Below are positions 7,751 through 17,452 of a stretch of 64,000 bases of DNA, one piece after another. The stretch spans positions 7,594-71,593 of the forward strand of contig CAZRTE010000001.1 of assembly GCA_964602945.1 (NCBI GenBank), read 5' to 3'. The notes under the pieces were generated by a model that did not search any database, had not been told where the DNA came from, and saw only the letters and a program-made list of their open reading frames with translations. Every line of letters starts with the position of its first letter. The stretch's first letter is position 1. The stretch is from an uncultured Gaiellales bacterium (GTDB taxonomy: Bacteria > Actinomycetota > Thermoleophilia > Gaiellales > Gaiellaceae). A program made the position numbers and the translations under genes.

Positions 7751-9408
7751 ACCTCGACGATCACGGGGAGCACCATCGGCCGTCGCCTCGTCCGATCGTA
7801 GACGACGCCGCCCAGCGCCTCGTGCAGGTGCTCCTGCAGGAGCTTGATCTCCGTCACGTCGCCGCGCAGGAGCTCGCGCAGAACCCGGTCCGCCTCCTCC
7901 CGTAGCTCGTCCAGCAGCGGCTCGGCCCCGTCGCCGAACCCACGCGCGATCAGCTCGGGCGGAGCGGTGAGCCCGCCGCCGTTCTGCGAGGCGAGCGTCG
8001 CGACGACGATCAGCACGCCGTCCTCGGCGAGCCTGCGCCGGTCGCGGAGCGCGACGTCGTGCACGTCGCCGACGCCGAGCCCGTCGACGAACGTGATCCC
8101 GGCGTCGACGTGGTCGACGACACGCGGCCCGGTCTCGGAGTCGAGCTCGACGACCGTCCCGTTGTCCGCGAGGACGATCCGGTCCTCGGGCACGCCGCCC
8201 TCGCGGGCGAGCTGCGCGTGCGCGGCCAGCATCCGGAACTCGCCGTGCACGGGCATGACTGCCTTCGGCCGAACGAGACCGATGATCGTCCGCAGCTCCT
8301 CGGCCTTCCCGTGACCGGAGACGTGCACGGGCGCGTTGTCCTCGTGCAGAACCTCCGCGCCCATCCGCGCGAGCCGGTTGATCGCGTCGTGCACGCGCAG
8401 CTCGTTGCCCGGGATCGGCTTGGCCGAGATGATCACCGTGTCGCCGCGCTCGACCCGGACCGAGGGATGGTCGTTGTAGGCGATGCGGGTCATCGCCGAC
8501 ATCGGCTCGCCCTGGCTGCCGGTGCAGACGATCAGCTGCTGGTCGCGCGGCAGCTCCGCGAGCTGGTTCGGGCGCACCAGCAGGTCCTCGGGAACGTCCA
8601 TGTAGCCGAGGCTGCGCGCGATGTTCGCGTTCTTGCGCATCGAGCGGCCGACGACGGCGACCTTGCGCCCGCAGTCGAGCGCGACGTCCGCCGCCTGCTG
8701 CACCCGGTGCACGTTCGAGGCGAACGAGGAGACGAGGATGCGACCGGTGCGGCGCGGGAAGATCTGGCGGAACGCCTCGCCGACGACCCGCTCCGACTCC
8801 GTGAAGCCCGGGCGCTCGGCGTTCGTCGAGTCGCCGAGCAGGAGATCGACGCCGCGGCCGCCGATCTCCGCGAGCCGGCCGACGTCGGTGCGCTGGCCGT
8901 CCACGGGCGTGTGGTCGAGCTTGTAGTCGCCGGTGTGGACGCAGAGGCCACCCGGCGTCTCGAGCACCACGGCGGCGGCGTCGGGGATCGAGTGCGCCAT
9001 CCGCACGAGCTCCACCCGGAACGGCCCGAGCTGCACGGGATCGTCGCCGGGCATCAGCTCCCGGAGCTCGGTGGAGCGCAGGAGCCCGTGCTCGTCGAGC
9101 TTCGACTTCACGAGCGCGAGCGTCAGCCGCGTACCGAGCACGAGCGGCACCTTCACCTCGCGCATGAAGTACGGGAGGCCGCCGACGTGGTCCTCGTGGC
9201 CGTGCGTGAGGACGACCGCGCGCACCATCTCCTCCCGCTCGCGCAGGTACGAGTAGTCGGGCAGGACGAGGTCGACGCCGAGGTGCTCGTCGCGCGGGAA
9301 GGCGAGACCGGAGTCGACCACGACGATGGAGCCCTCGGCCTCGTAGACGGTCATGTTCTTCCCGACCTCGCCGAGGCCGCCGAGCGGGACGATGCGGCAG
9401 ACGCCCAT
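7747..9408 (-). CDS. rnj: Ribonuclease J
   Basis: ORF 7747..9408: metallo-beta-lactamase/beta-CASP motifs (VVLTHGHEDHVGG, GDYKLD, HVSGHG). Located downstream of dapA, as in other Actinobacteria. Confidence 0.9.
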   Translation of the reverse strand: MGVCRIVPLGGLGEVGKNMTVYEAEGSIVVVDSGLAFPRDEHLGVDLVLPDYSYLREREEMVRAVVLTHGHEDHVGGLPYFMREVKVPLVLGTRLTLALVKSKLDEHGLLRSTELRELMPGDDPVQLGPFRVELVRMAHSIPDAAAVVLETPGGLCVHTGDYKLDHTPVDGQRTDVGRLAEIGGRGVDLLLGDSTNAERPGFTESERVVGEAFRQIFPRRTGRILVSSFASNVHRVQQAADVALDCGRKVAVVGRSMRKNANIARSLGYMDVPEDLLVRPNQLAELPRDQQLIVCTGSQGEPMSAMTRIAYNDHPSVRVERGDTVIISAKPIPGNELRVHDAINRLARMGAEVLHEDNAPVHVSGHGKAEELRTIIGLVRPKAVMPVHGEFRMLAAHAQLAREGGVPEDRIVLADNGTVVELDSETGPRVVDHVDAGITFVDGLGVGDVHDVALRDRRRLAEDGVLIVVATLASQNGGGLTAPPELIARGFGDGAEPLLDELREEADRVLRELLRGDVTEIKLLQEHLHEALGGVVYDRTRRRPMVLPVIVEV

Positions 9409-9416
9409 CCTGCTCC

Positions 9417-10301
9417 TCAGGCGGACGCGGTGGCGAGGAGGCCGGCCCGCTCGAGACAGGAGCGGACCTGCGCGAGCTCCTCCTCGTCGGCCTCGACGAG
9501 CGGCAGCCGGTGGCCGCCGACCTCGTGGCCGGTGAGGTTGAGCGCCGCCTTGATCGGGATCGGGTTCGTCTGGATCTTCAGCAGGTCGTACGACGGCTGC
9601 ATCGCCTCGTGGAGCGCGCGCGCGCCGTCGACGTCGCCGGCGCCGTGGAGGCGGATCATCTCGGCGATCTGCGCGCCCCAGAGGTGTGCCGTGACCGAGA
9701 CGACCCCGACGCCGCCGACGCCGAGGAAGCCGAATGTGTTCGGGTCGTCGCCGCAGTAGAGGTCGAGGCGCGTCTCGGAGGCGATGAAGCGGGCCTCGTC
9801 GAGGTCGTCGTGCGCCTGCTTGACCGCGACGACGTTCTCGATCTCCGCCAGGCGCGCGATCGTGGCGGTCTCGATCTTGGTCACGACGCGCGAGGGGACG
9901 TTGTACGCCACGACCGGCAGCTCGGTCGCGCCCGCGATCTCCTCGAAGTGGCGCACGAGCGCCCGCTGCGGCGGCTTGTTGTAGTACGGCGTCACCACGA
10001 GGAGCGCGTCGATGCCGAGCTTCGCCGCCTCCTGTGTCAGGCGGACGGAGTGCGCGGTGTCGTAGGTGCCCGTGCCGGCGATCACCGTCGCGCGGTCGCC
10101 GACGGTCTCGACGGCGGCCGCGAACAGGGCGAGCTTCTCCTCGTCGGTCAGCGTCGGCGACTCGCCGGTCGTGCCGCAGACGACGAGGCCGTCCGAGCCG
10201 TTGTCGACGAGGAACGCCGCGAGCTCGCGGAAACGCTCCAGGTCGACGGCGCCGTCGTCGCCGAACGGCGTGACCATCGCGGTGATGACGTGACCCAGCA
10301 T
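9417..10301 (-). CDS. dapA: 4-hydroxy-tetrahydrodipicolinate synthase
   Basis: ORF 9417..10349 trimmed to the ATG at 10301 (MLGHVITAMVTPF...). Contains GTTGESPTLT and the KQA active-site Lys context. Confidence 0.9.
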   Translation of the reverse strand: MLGHVITAMVTPFGDDGAVDLERFRELAAFLVDNGSDGLVVCGTTGESPTLTDEEKLALFAAAVETVGDRATVIAGTGTYDTAHSVRLTQEAAKLGIDALLVVTPYYNKPPQRALVRHFEEIAGATELPVVAYNVPSRVVTKIETATIARLAEIENVVAVKQAHDDLDEARFIASETRLDLYCGDDPNTFGFLGVGGVGVVSVTAHLWGAQIAEMIRLHGAGDVDGARALHEAMQPSYDLLKIQTNPIPIKAALNLTGHEVGGHRLPLVEADEEELAQVRSCLERAGLLATASA

Positions 10302-10410
10302 GCCAAGGAGTCTAGGTGACCGTTCTCGTCCCGGCCGAAGTTGGCGCACGATGCGCTCGAGGCCTACACGATCGACCCGGCGACCGGGGTCACCGTCGGC
10401 GACGACGCGG

Positions 10411-10764
10411 TCAACCCGAAACCGGCCGGGCTCCTCTGACCTCGAGCAGCTCGAGCCCGATGTCCTCGCCGATCGGGGCCGGCGTGCCGCAGGACGGGCA
10501 GACGACGAGATGGCCGGCGACGTCGTCCCGCGACAGCCGCCAGGCGGCCCCGCACGCCTCGCAGACGCGCTCGTCCTCGGCCTCCTCGACCAGGAGCCGC
10601 GACCCCTCGAGCGGCGTGTCGAGCGTCTGCATCTCGTATGCCTGCTGGAGCGACTCGGGCGAGAAGACCGGACTCGCCCGGACCCGAACCTCCTCGACGG
10701 CTCCCGCGTCCGGCTCGCCGGCCAGGCGGCGGATCAGGGCGCTCACGGCGTGGTAGTCGTGCAT
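10411..10764 (-). CDS. hypA: Hydrogenase nickel-insertion protein HypA
   Basis: C-terminal 117 aa of artefactual ORF 10411..11880, starting at the ATG at 10764. MHD N-terminus plus a CEAC...CPSC zinc motif. Confidence 0.8.
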   Translation of the reverse strand: MHDYHAVSALIRRLAGEPDAGAVEEVRVRASPVFSPESLQQAYEMQTLDTPLEGSRLLVEEAEDERVCEACGAAWRLSRDDVAGHLVVCPSCGTPAPIGEDIGLELLEVRGARPVSG

Positions 10765-11237
10765 GGCTCTCCCTTCGCTGTGTCCCAGGCCTCGATCTGC
10801 TCCAGCACGCGCCGGCCGAGCTCGTCGAGCGCGGCGGCCACGGACTCGCTGAGCGGCGCACCGAACGTCGGCGGCTCCGCCACCTCGACGGCGAGCACCC
10901 GCGTGCGGCCCGGGAAGCCGAGCCCGAGCCGCTCGGCGACGGCCGCGAGCTCGGGGATTCCCGCGTGGTGGATGCTCGGCGCGACGACCGGCCCCACCTC
11001 GGTCAGCCCGAGCTCGACGATCGTGCCGGGCGGGTTGCGGCCGGTGCGGATCGAGTCCACGACGACGGCACGGTCGTAGCCGTCGAACACGTCGAGCAAG
11101 GTGAGGCCGGACGCCGCGCTCTCGACGACATCGGCCCGGCCGGCGAGCTCGTCCCGGAGCGCGCGCACGGCGAGGATGCCCGCACCGTCGTCGCCCGCGT
11201 ATTCGTTGCCGAGCCCGAGGACGAGCGTGCGCATCAC
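10743..11237 (-). CDS. Hydrogenase maturation endopeptidase (HycI/FrhD/HoxW family) for the Mvh-type enzyme
   Basis: ORF 10743..11237: MRTLVLGLGNEYAGDDGAG. Lies immediately downstream of the large subunit and overlaps the hypA start by 22 nt. Confidence 0.8.
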   Translation of the reverse strand: MMRTLVLGLGNEYAGDDGAGILAVRALRDELAGRADVVESAASGLTLLDVFDGYDRAVVVDSIRTGRNPPGTIVELGLTEVGPVVAPSIHHAGIPELAAVAERLGLGFPGRTRVLAVEVAEPPTFGAPLSESVAAALDELGRRVLEQIEAWDTAKGEPCTTTTP

Positions 11238-12698
11238 TCAATCCCGGCGGAGCTCGCGCACGACCTCGCCGGCCGGGTCGTGGATCTCGACGAGCAGCGG
11301 CAGGTGGCCGGGCAGGGTGTGCGTCGCGCAGCCGAAGCACGGGTCGTAGGCGCGGAACGCCATCTCCACCTTGTTCAGGACCGCCTCGTCGACCTCGGCG
11401 CCGTGGATCAGGTCCCGGGCGGCCTTGTCGATCGACATCCCGATCCGGGCGGCGTTGTTCTGGGTGGCGACGATGAGGTTGGCCGAGGTGATCAGGCCGC
11501 GCTCGTCGCTCCGGTAGTGGTGGAAGAGCGTCCCGCGCGGCGCCTCGACGACGCCGATGCCCTCCTCCGGTGTCGCCGTCGGCAGCGTGCGCACGTCCGG
11601 ATCGAGGATCTCCGGGTCGGCCGCGAGCTCGGCCATCCGCTCCGCCGCGTACTGGAGCTCGACGAGCCGGGCCCAGTGCGTGGCGAGCGTGTGGTGCACC
11701 GGCTTGCCGCCGAGCGTCGCGAAGAGCTCGTCGTACGCCTCCTGCGCCCGCGGCGTGGGCATCCCCTCGGTCACGTTCAGGCGGGCGAGGGGCGCGACGG
11801 CGAAGACGCCGCTGTCCGCCCCGTCGACGAAGCCGTGCCAGCCCACGTCCTTGAGGAAGCAGAACTTCACGTACGTCCACGGCTCGACGTGCTCCGCGAC
11901 GTGGTCGAGGTAGTCGGAGCCGGCGAAGGAGAGGAACTCGCGGCCCTCGGGGTCGACCACCCGGAGCGTGCCGTCGTAGAAGTTGACCTGCTTGTCGGCG
12001 TCGACGAGCCCCATCGAGTACGTGCGGTGCGTGTACGTCTCCGAGGTGACGAGCTCGACGTAGTCCGGGTTGCCGAGCACGACGTCGCGGAACGCCTGCA
12101 GCGCGAAGCCGCCGAAGTCGACGGCGCGCGCGGCGGCCGCCTGCGCCTGCTCCTGGAGCTCGGCCGTGAGCGGGCGCGAGATCCCGCCCGGGAGGCCGAA
12201 GACGGGGTGCACGGCCTTGCCCGCGACCGCGGCCATCAGGTCGCGGAGCTGCTTGCGGACGCCGATCACCTCCTTGCCGGCCTCGAGCCCGACCTTGTTC
12301 ACGACGCCGAGGATGTTCCGCTCGCCCTTCGGCGCGTCCGGGCCGACGATGAAGTCCGGCCCGCCGAGGAAGAAGAAGTGCAGCGCGTGGTCCTCGACCA
12401 TGAAGGCGCTGTAGAGAAGCTCACGGATCTTCTTCGCCGCCGGCGGGGGCTCGACCCCGAAGAGGTCGTCGAGCGCCTTCGTCGCCGCCATGTGGTGGGC
12501 CATCGGACAGACGCCGCAGATGCGCGAGGTGATCTGCGGCATGTCCTCGGCCCGCCGTCCCTGGGCGAACTTCTCGAAGCCGCGCAGCTCGGGGATCTGG
12601 AGGTAGGCGCGGTCGACCTCCCCTGCGTCGTCGAGGAAGACGTGGACGCGCCCGTGTCCCTCGAGGCGCGTGATCGGATCGATCAGGATCTCGCTCAT
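11238..12698 (-). CDS. mvhA: [NiFe]-hydrogenase large subunit, MvhA-like (group 3c by gene context)
   Basis: Real frame inside ORF 11238..13640, starting at the ATG at 12698. MSEILIDPITRLEGHGRV..., N-terminal RICGVCPMAHH, C-terminal DPCFGCATH followed by a 26-aa cleavable extension. Confidence 0.85.
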   Translation of the reverse strand: MSEILIDPITRLEGHGRVHVFLDDAGEVDRAYLQIPELRGFEKFAQGRRAEDMPQITSRICGVCPMAHHMAATKALDDLFGVEPPPAAKKIRELLYSAFMVEDHALHFFFLGGPDFIVGPDAPKGERNILGVVNKVGLEAGKEVIGVRKQLRDLMAAVAGKAVHPVFGLPGGISRPLTAELQEQAQAAAARAVDFGGFALQAFRDVVLGNPDYVELVTSETYTHRTYSMGLVDADKQVNFYDGTLRVVDPEGREFLSFAGSDYLDHVAEHVEPWTYVKFCFLKDVGWHGFVDGADSGVFAVAPLARLNVTEGMPTPRAQEAYDELFATLGGKPVHHTLATHWARLVELQYAAERMAELAADPEILDPDVRTLPTATPEEGIGVVEAPRGTLFHHYRSDERGLITSANLIVATQNNAARIGMSIDKAARDLIHGAEVDEAVLNKVEMAFRAYDPCFGCATHTLPGHLPLLVEIHDPAGEVVRELRRD

Positions 12699-13666
12699 GG
12701 CACGGGCTCCTTCTCGACGCGGTGGTGGAGGGGCGACGCCGGGAGGCTGTAGCGGTAGAACGTGCCGACCGGGTCGGCGATCTCCGCGATCCGGGCGACG
12801 ATCTCGTCCTCCTCGGTCGCGCCGAGCAGGGAGGCGATCGCCGACAGCGCCTTCGCGCCCTGGTCGAGCACGCGGCTCGTCGGGCCCATGCAGCCGGTGC
12901 AGGGCATGTTGCCGCCGATGCACGCGGCGTTGCAGCCCGCGCGCGTGGCGGGGCCGAGGCAGACGAGCCCCTGGGCGAGGAGGCAGATCTCCGGGTCGGC
13001 GACGACCTCGTGCGGCCGCTTGAAGGCCTCGAGCGTGAGCTGCTCGGGCTTCGTCGCGGCCCGCGGGCACTCGGAGCAGAGGGCGACGTCGGGCGCGAGC
13101 ACCGCTCCCTTCTCGGGCGCCGTGCCCTCGACGAGGGCGGTCACTGCGGCGAGGATCAGGTGCGCCGGCGGCGGGCAGCCGGGGAGGTAGTAGTCGACGT
13201 CGATCACCTGGTCGAGCGTGCGCACCGAGGCGTCGAAGCTCGGCAGCGTGAGCGTCCCCTCGTCGACAGCCGACTCCTCCACGGGTCTCGTGGCGCCGTT
13301 CTCCACGCTCGGCGCCTCCTCGTAGACGAAGTCGAGGATCTCGTCGCGCTCGTACTGGTTGGCGAGGCCCGGGATGCCGCCGAGGATGGCGCAGCTGCCG
13401 AAGGCGACGACGGCTCCGGCCTTGCGCCGCAGGAGCTCGACCATCTCCACCTGCTCGGAGGTGCGCACGGCACCGTTGATGAACGCAGCCGCGAGCTCGC
13501 CGTCGCCGAGCGCCTCGACGTCGGTGCGCTTGAAGTCGAGCGCGACCGGCCAGAAGGCGATGTCGACGAGCTCGACGACCGTGAGGATGTCCTCCCCGAG
13601 GTCGACGACCGCCTCCTCGCAGCCGCCGCAGGAGGCACACCAGTAGAAGGCGACTTTCGGCTTCAT
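12695..13666 (-). CDS. mvhG: [NiFe]-hydrogenase small subunit, MvhG-like
   Basis: Inside ORF 12695..14059, starting at the ATG at 13666. MKPKVAFYWCASCGGCEEAV, GSCAILGGIPG, PGCPP, CTGCMGP cluster ligand motifs. 4-nt overlap with mvhA. Confidence 0.85.
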   Translation of the reverse strand: MKPKVAFYWCASCGGCEEAVVDLGEDILTVVELVDIAFWPVALDFKRTDVEALGDGELAAAFINGAVRTSEQVEMVELLRRKAGAVVAFGSCAILGGIPGLANQYERDEILDFVYEEAPSVENGATRPVEESAVDEGTLTLPSFDASVRTLDQVIDVDYYLPGCPPPAHLILAAVTALVEGTAPEKGAVLAPDVALCSECPRAATKPEQLTLEAFKRPHEVVADPEICLLAQGLVCLGPATRAGCNAACIGGNMPCTGCMGPTSRVLDQGAKALSAIASLLGATEEDEIVARIAEIADPVGTFYRYSLPASPLHHRVEKEPVP

Positions 13667-14109
13667 GCCCTCACCCCCGCTTCCACCCGCTCGGCGTGCC
13701 GCAGCCGCAGCGGGCCGAGCGCGCGCAGCTCCTCGGTCATCTCGTTGCAGACGCGCTGCACGGCCTCTCCCTCCGAGGCGGAGATCCACTCCAGCCGCAG
13801 CCGCTCCTTCTCGATCCCCAGGTCGGCGAGGAGGGCGTGGAGGAGCTCGACCCGGCGCCGGGTCTTGTAGTTCCCCTCCGAGTAGTGGCAGTCGCCCGGG
13901 TGGCAGCCGCCGATGAGGACGCCGTCGGCGCCGCCGTGGAAGGCGGCGAGGACGAACTGCGGGTCGACCCTCCCCGAGCACATGAGCCGGATCGCGCGGA
14001 CGTTCGGCGCGTACTGGAGCCGCGAGATGCCCGCAAGGTCGGCGGCGGTGTACGTGCACCAGGTGCAGAAGAAGGCGACGATCTTCGGCTCGAAGTCGGC
14101 CTCAGGCAA
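13663..14109 (-). CDS. mvhD: Methyl-viologen-reducing hydrogenase delta subunit (MvhD)
   Basis: Inside ORF 13663..14193. Proposed TTG start at 14109 overlaps the hdrA stop. PKIVAFFCTWCTY...RLMCSGRVDP...GGCHPGDCHY is the MvhD signature. Confidence 0.75.
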   Translation of the reverse strand: MPEADFEPKIVAFFCTWCTYTAADLAGISRLQYAPNVRAIRLMCSGRVDPQFVLAAFHGGADGVLIGGCHPGDCHYSEGNYKTRRRVELLHALLADLGIEKERLRLEWISASEGEAVQRVCNEMTEELRALGPLRLRHAERVEAGVRA

Positions 14110-17100
14110 GGGCGAGCACCCCCTCCAGCTCGGCGAGCACCTGCTCGTCGGTGAACAGGTGCTGCTGCAGCGCCCCCGACGGGCAGGCGGCAACGCAGAC
14201 GCCGCAGCCCTTGCACAGCACCTCGTTGACCGAGGCGAGATTCGTCGCCGCGTCGAAGGAGATCGCGGCGAACGGGCACAGGCCGACGCACGTCCGGCAG
14301 CCCGAGCACGCCGCCGGCTCGACGAAGGCGGTGCTCGGCTCGAGCTCGACGTGGCCGCGGTCGATCATCGCCAGCACCTCGGCCGCGGCCGCGCCCGCCT
14401 GCGCGACCGTGTCCGGGATGTCCTTGGGGCCCTGGCAGGCGCCGGCGAGGAAGACGCCGTCGGTGAAGGTCGAGACCGGCGCGAGCTTCGGGTGGCGCTC
14501 GGTGAAGAAGCCCTCGGTGCCGCAGCCGATGTTGAACAGGCGGCGCACGTCCTCCGCGTCCGGCTGCGGCTCGATCCCGACGGCGAGCACGACCATGTCC
14601 ACGGCCTCGTGCCTGACCTCGCCGAGCAGCGTGTCCTCGGCGTGGACGACGAGCCTCCCGCGCTCCTCGGTGACCTCGCCGACGCGCCCGCGGACGAACT
14701 GCGTCCCCTCCTGCAGCACGCGGTCGTAGAACTCCTCGTAGCCCTTCCCGGGCGTGCGCATGTCGATGTAGAACTCGACGATCTCGGTGTCCTCGCCCGC
14801 GCGCTCGCGGATCAGGTGGGCGAGCTTGAGCGAGTACATGCAGCAGACGCGCGAGCAGTACGCGTTCGTGTTCGCGTCGCGGGAGCCGACGCAGTGGACG
14901 ATGCCCACCTTCGAGGGCCGGCTGCCGTCGCGCAGCACAAGCTCGCCCTGGGTCGGGCCGGAGGCGTTCAGCAGCCGCTCGACCTCGAGGCTCGTGTACA
15001 CGTTCGGGAGGCGGCCGTAGCCGTAGGCGGGCGCGCGGTGCGCGTCGAAGGCCTGGAAGCCCGTGGCGAGGACGATCGCGCCGACGTCGAGCTCCGTCTC
15101 ACGGTCCGGCATGAGCAGGTCGATCGCGTCGGCCTCGCAGACGGCGATGCACTCCCCGCACTCCGAGCAGACGCCGCAGTCGAGACAGCGCTCGGCGGCG
15201 TAGCGCGCCTCCTCCTCGCTCAGCGGCGGCTCGAGCTCGGCGAAGTCGGCCGGCTCCGGCTCGTGGCGCGTGTGCGGCTCGCGCGGCTCGAGCGGCCGGT
15301 GGGCCGGGTGCGAGCGTGCGAGCACGTCCGCCTTCTCCGCCACCGGCAGCTTCTCGTCGAACTCGATCTCCTCGAGCGTCTCGCCGCGGAGGAAGCGGTC
15401 GACCATGAACGCGGCGCGGCGCCCCTGCCCGACGGCGTGCGCGATGTCGAGAGCGCCGAGGACGGCGTCGCCGGCGGCGAAGACCCACGGCACGGCGGTC
15501 TGGAGCGTCCGCGGCTCCGTTGCGGAGAGGTCGCCCGCGAGCGCGCCGTCCGCGCTGAGCCCGATCGCGGCGATCACCGTGTCGCAGGGGATCACGTGCT
15601 CGCTGCCCGGCACCGGCTCGGGCCGCCGGCGGCCGGACGCGTCGGGCTCGCCGAGCTCGGTGCGCACGCAGCGCAGCCCCGTCACGCGGCCGTCGCCCTC
15701 CACCGAGACGGGGGCGACCTGGAAGGCGAGCGCCGTCCCCTCCTGCTCGGCGGCCTCGATCTCCTCCGGATAGGCGGGCATCTCGGTGCGGCTGCGGCGG
15801 TACGCGATCGTCACCTCGCGCGCCCCGAGGCGGCGCGCGCTGCGAGCGGCGTCCATGGCGACGTTCCCGCCGCCGACCACCACGACGCGCTCACCCTCGA
15901 GGCGCGGCGCCCGGCCGTCCTTGACGGCCTCGAGGAAGTCGAGTCCCGAGCGGACGCCGTCGAGCTCCTCGCCCGGCACGCCGAGCCGGGTCGAGACGGG
16001 CGCGCCGGTGGCGACGAGCACCGCGTCGAAGCCCCGGCCGTGCAGCTCCTCGAGGTCGCCGACGCGCGTGCCGGTCTCGATCCGGACGCCGATCGCGGTC
16101 ACGTTCTCGATGTCCCGCTCGACGACGGCGGCGGGCAGCCGGTAGTCGGGGATCGCGAGGCGGAGCATCCCGCCGGGCTCCGCCTCGGACTCGAAGATCG
16201 TCACGCCGTGGCCGCGGCGGCGCAGCTGCCAGGCCGCGGTGAGGCCGGCGGGGCCGGAGCCGACGACGGCGACGCGCGTGCCGTTCGTGGGCGGCGCCTC
16301 GAGCTCGCTCGCGGCGTGCGTCGCGTAGTGCCGGTCGGCGATGAAGCGCTTGAGCCGCCGGATCGGCACCGGGGTCTCGAGGTCGTCGCGGGTGCACTCG
16401 TCCTCGCACTGCGCGTAGCAGGCGCGGCCGAGCGTGCCGACGAGCGGGGTCGCGTCGAGCACGAGCTGGAACGCCTTCTCGTACTCGCCGGCGCGGACGA
16501 GCGACACGTAGCCGTGCGCCTTGATCCCCGCCGGGCAGTTGAACGTGCAGCGGGAGGTGCCCGCGCGGTCGATCACCGGGATCGCCGGAATGGCCTGCGG
16601 GAACGGCTTGTACGCGACGGGGCGCGTGCCGAGGCCCTCGTCGAACTCGGAGGAGATCCCGCGCCACGTGCAGTGCTCGACGCACAGGTCGCAGCCGGTG
16701 CACGCCTCCTCGTCGATGAAGCGCGACTTCCGCCGCACCTTGACCTTGAAGTTGCCGACGTAGCCCGAGACCTCCTCGACCTCGCTGAAGCTCAGGAGCT
16801 CGATGTTCGGGTGCTGGCCCGCCTGCACCATCTTCGGGGTGAGGATGCAGGCGGCGCAGTCGAGGGTCGGGAACGTCTTGTCGAACTTCGCCATGTGGCC
16901 GCCGATCGTCCCCTCGCGCTCGACGAGGTAGACGTGCTTGCCCGACTCGGCGAGCGTGAGCGCGGCGTGGATGCCCGCGATGCCGCCGCCGACGACGAGC
17001 GCGTCCGGGTGCACGGGCACCTGGCGGCGCTCGAGGGACTCCTGCGCGGCGACCCGCCGCACCGCCCCCGCGACGAGCGCCTTCGCCTTCTCGGTGGCCG

Positions 17101-17452
17101 CGTCGCCGTCCGCGGTCACCCAGCTGACGTGCTCGCGGATCGAGGCCATCTGGAAGAGGAAGGGGCTGACGCCGCCCGCCTCCGTGGCGCGCCGGAAGGT
17201 CGCCTCGTGCATCAGCGGCGAGCAGGAGGCGACGACGACCCGGTCGACGAGCCCCTCGCGGACGTCCTGGACGATCAGCTCCTGGCCCGGGTCGGAGCAC
17301 ATGAACTTGTACTCGCGCGCGACCGCGACGTACGGCAGCGTCGCGGCGAAGTCGACGACCTCGCCGACGTCGACCTTCTGGGCGATGTTCAGGCCGCAGT
17401 GGCAGACGTAGACGCCGATCTTCGGCGAGCCGTTCTGCTCAAACGCCGGCAC
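14102..17452 (-). CDS. hdrA: HdrA-like heterodisulfide reductase subunit A with an inserted NfnB/GltD-like FAD/NAD(P)H module (1116 aa)
   Basis: ORF 14102..17452. HdrA motifs: IGVYVCHCGLNIA, VVGGGIAGIHAAL, TLDCAACILTPK, CTGCDLCVEHC, YCSRVCCMYS, C-terminal 2x4Fe-4S. Residues ~296-690 look GltD-like: CTFNCPAGI...GRACYAQCEDEC, VAVVGSGPAGL, VVVVGGGNVAMD. Confidence 0.85.
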   Translation of the reverse strand: MPAFEQNGSPKIGVYVCHCGLNIAQKVDVGEVVDFAATLPYVAVAREYKFMCSDPGQELIVQDVREGLVDRVVVASCSPLMHEATFRRATEAGGVSPFLFQMASIREHVSWVTADGDAATEKAKALVAGAVRRVAAQESLERRQVPVHPDALVVGGGIAGIHAALTLAESGKHVYLVEREGTIGGHMAKFDKTFPTLDCAACILTPKMVQAGQHPNIELLSFSEVEEVSGYVGNFKVKVRRKSRFIDEEACTGCDLCVEHCTWRGISSEFDEGLGTRPVAYKPFPQAIPAIPVIDRAGTSRCTFNCPAGIKAHGYVSLVRAGEYEKAFQLVLDATPLVGTLGRACYAQCEDECTRDDLETPVPIRRLKRFIADRHYATHAASELEAPPTNGTRVAVVGSGPAGLTAAWQLRRRGHGVTIFESEAEPGGMLRLAIPDYRLPAAVVERDIENVTAIGVRIETGTRVGDLEELHGRGFDAVLVATGAPVSTRLGVPGEELDGVRSGLDFLEAVKDGRAPRLEGERVVVVGGGNVAMDAARSARRLGAREVTIAYRRSRTEMPAYPEEIEAAEQEGTALAFQVAPVSVEGDGRVTGLRCVRTELGEPDASGRRRPEPVPGSEHVIPCDTVIAAIGLSADGALAGDLSATEPRTLQTAVPWVFAAGDAVLGALDIAHAVGQGRRAAFMVDRFLRGETLEEIEFDEKLPVAEKADVLARSHPAHRPLEPREPHTRHEPEPADFAELEPPLSEEEARYAAERCLDCGVCSECGECIAVCEADAIDLLMPDRETELDVGAIVLATGFQAFDAHRAPAYGYGRLPNVYTSLEVERLLNASGPTQGELVLRDGSRPSKVGIVHCVGSRDANTNAYCSRVCCMYSLKLAHLIRERAGEDTEIVEFYIDMRTPGKGYEEFYDRVLQEGTQFVRGRVGEVTEERGRLVVHAEDTLLGEVRHEAVDMVVLAVGIEPQPDAEDVRRLFNIGCGTEGFFTERHPKLAPVSTFTDGVFLAGACQGPKDIPDTVAQAGAAAAEVLAMIDRGHVELEPSTAFVEPAACSGCRTCVGLCPFAAISFDAATNLASVNEVLCKGCGVCVAACPSGALQQHLFTDEQVLAELEGVLALA

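Noticed and set aside
11238-17452. Selenocysteine (in-frame TGA) variants of the Mvh/Hdr subunits, as in Vhu-type enzymes
   Set aside because: All subunits read through with Cys at the expected ligand positions (DPCFGCATH etc.). No in-frame TGA or SECIS-like requirement was seen.
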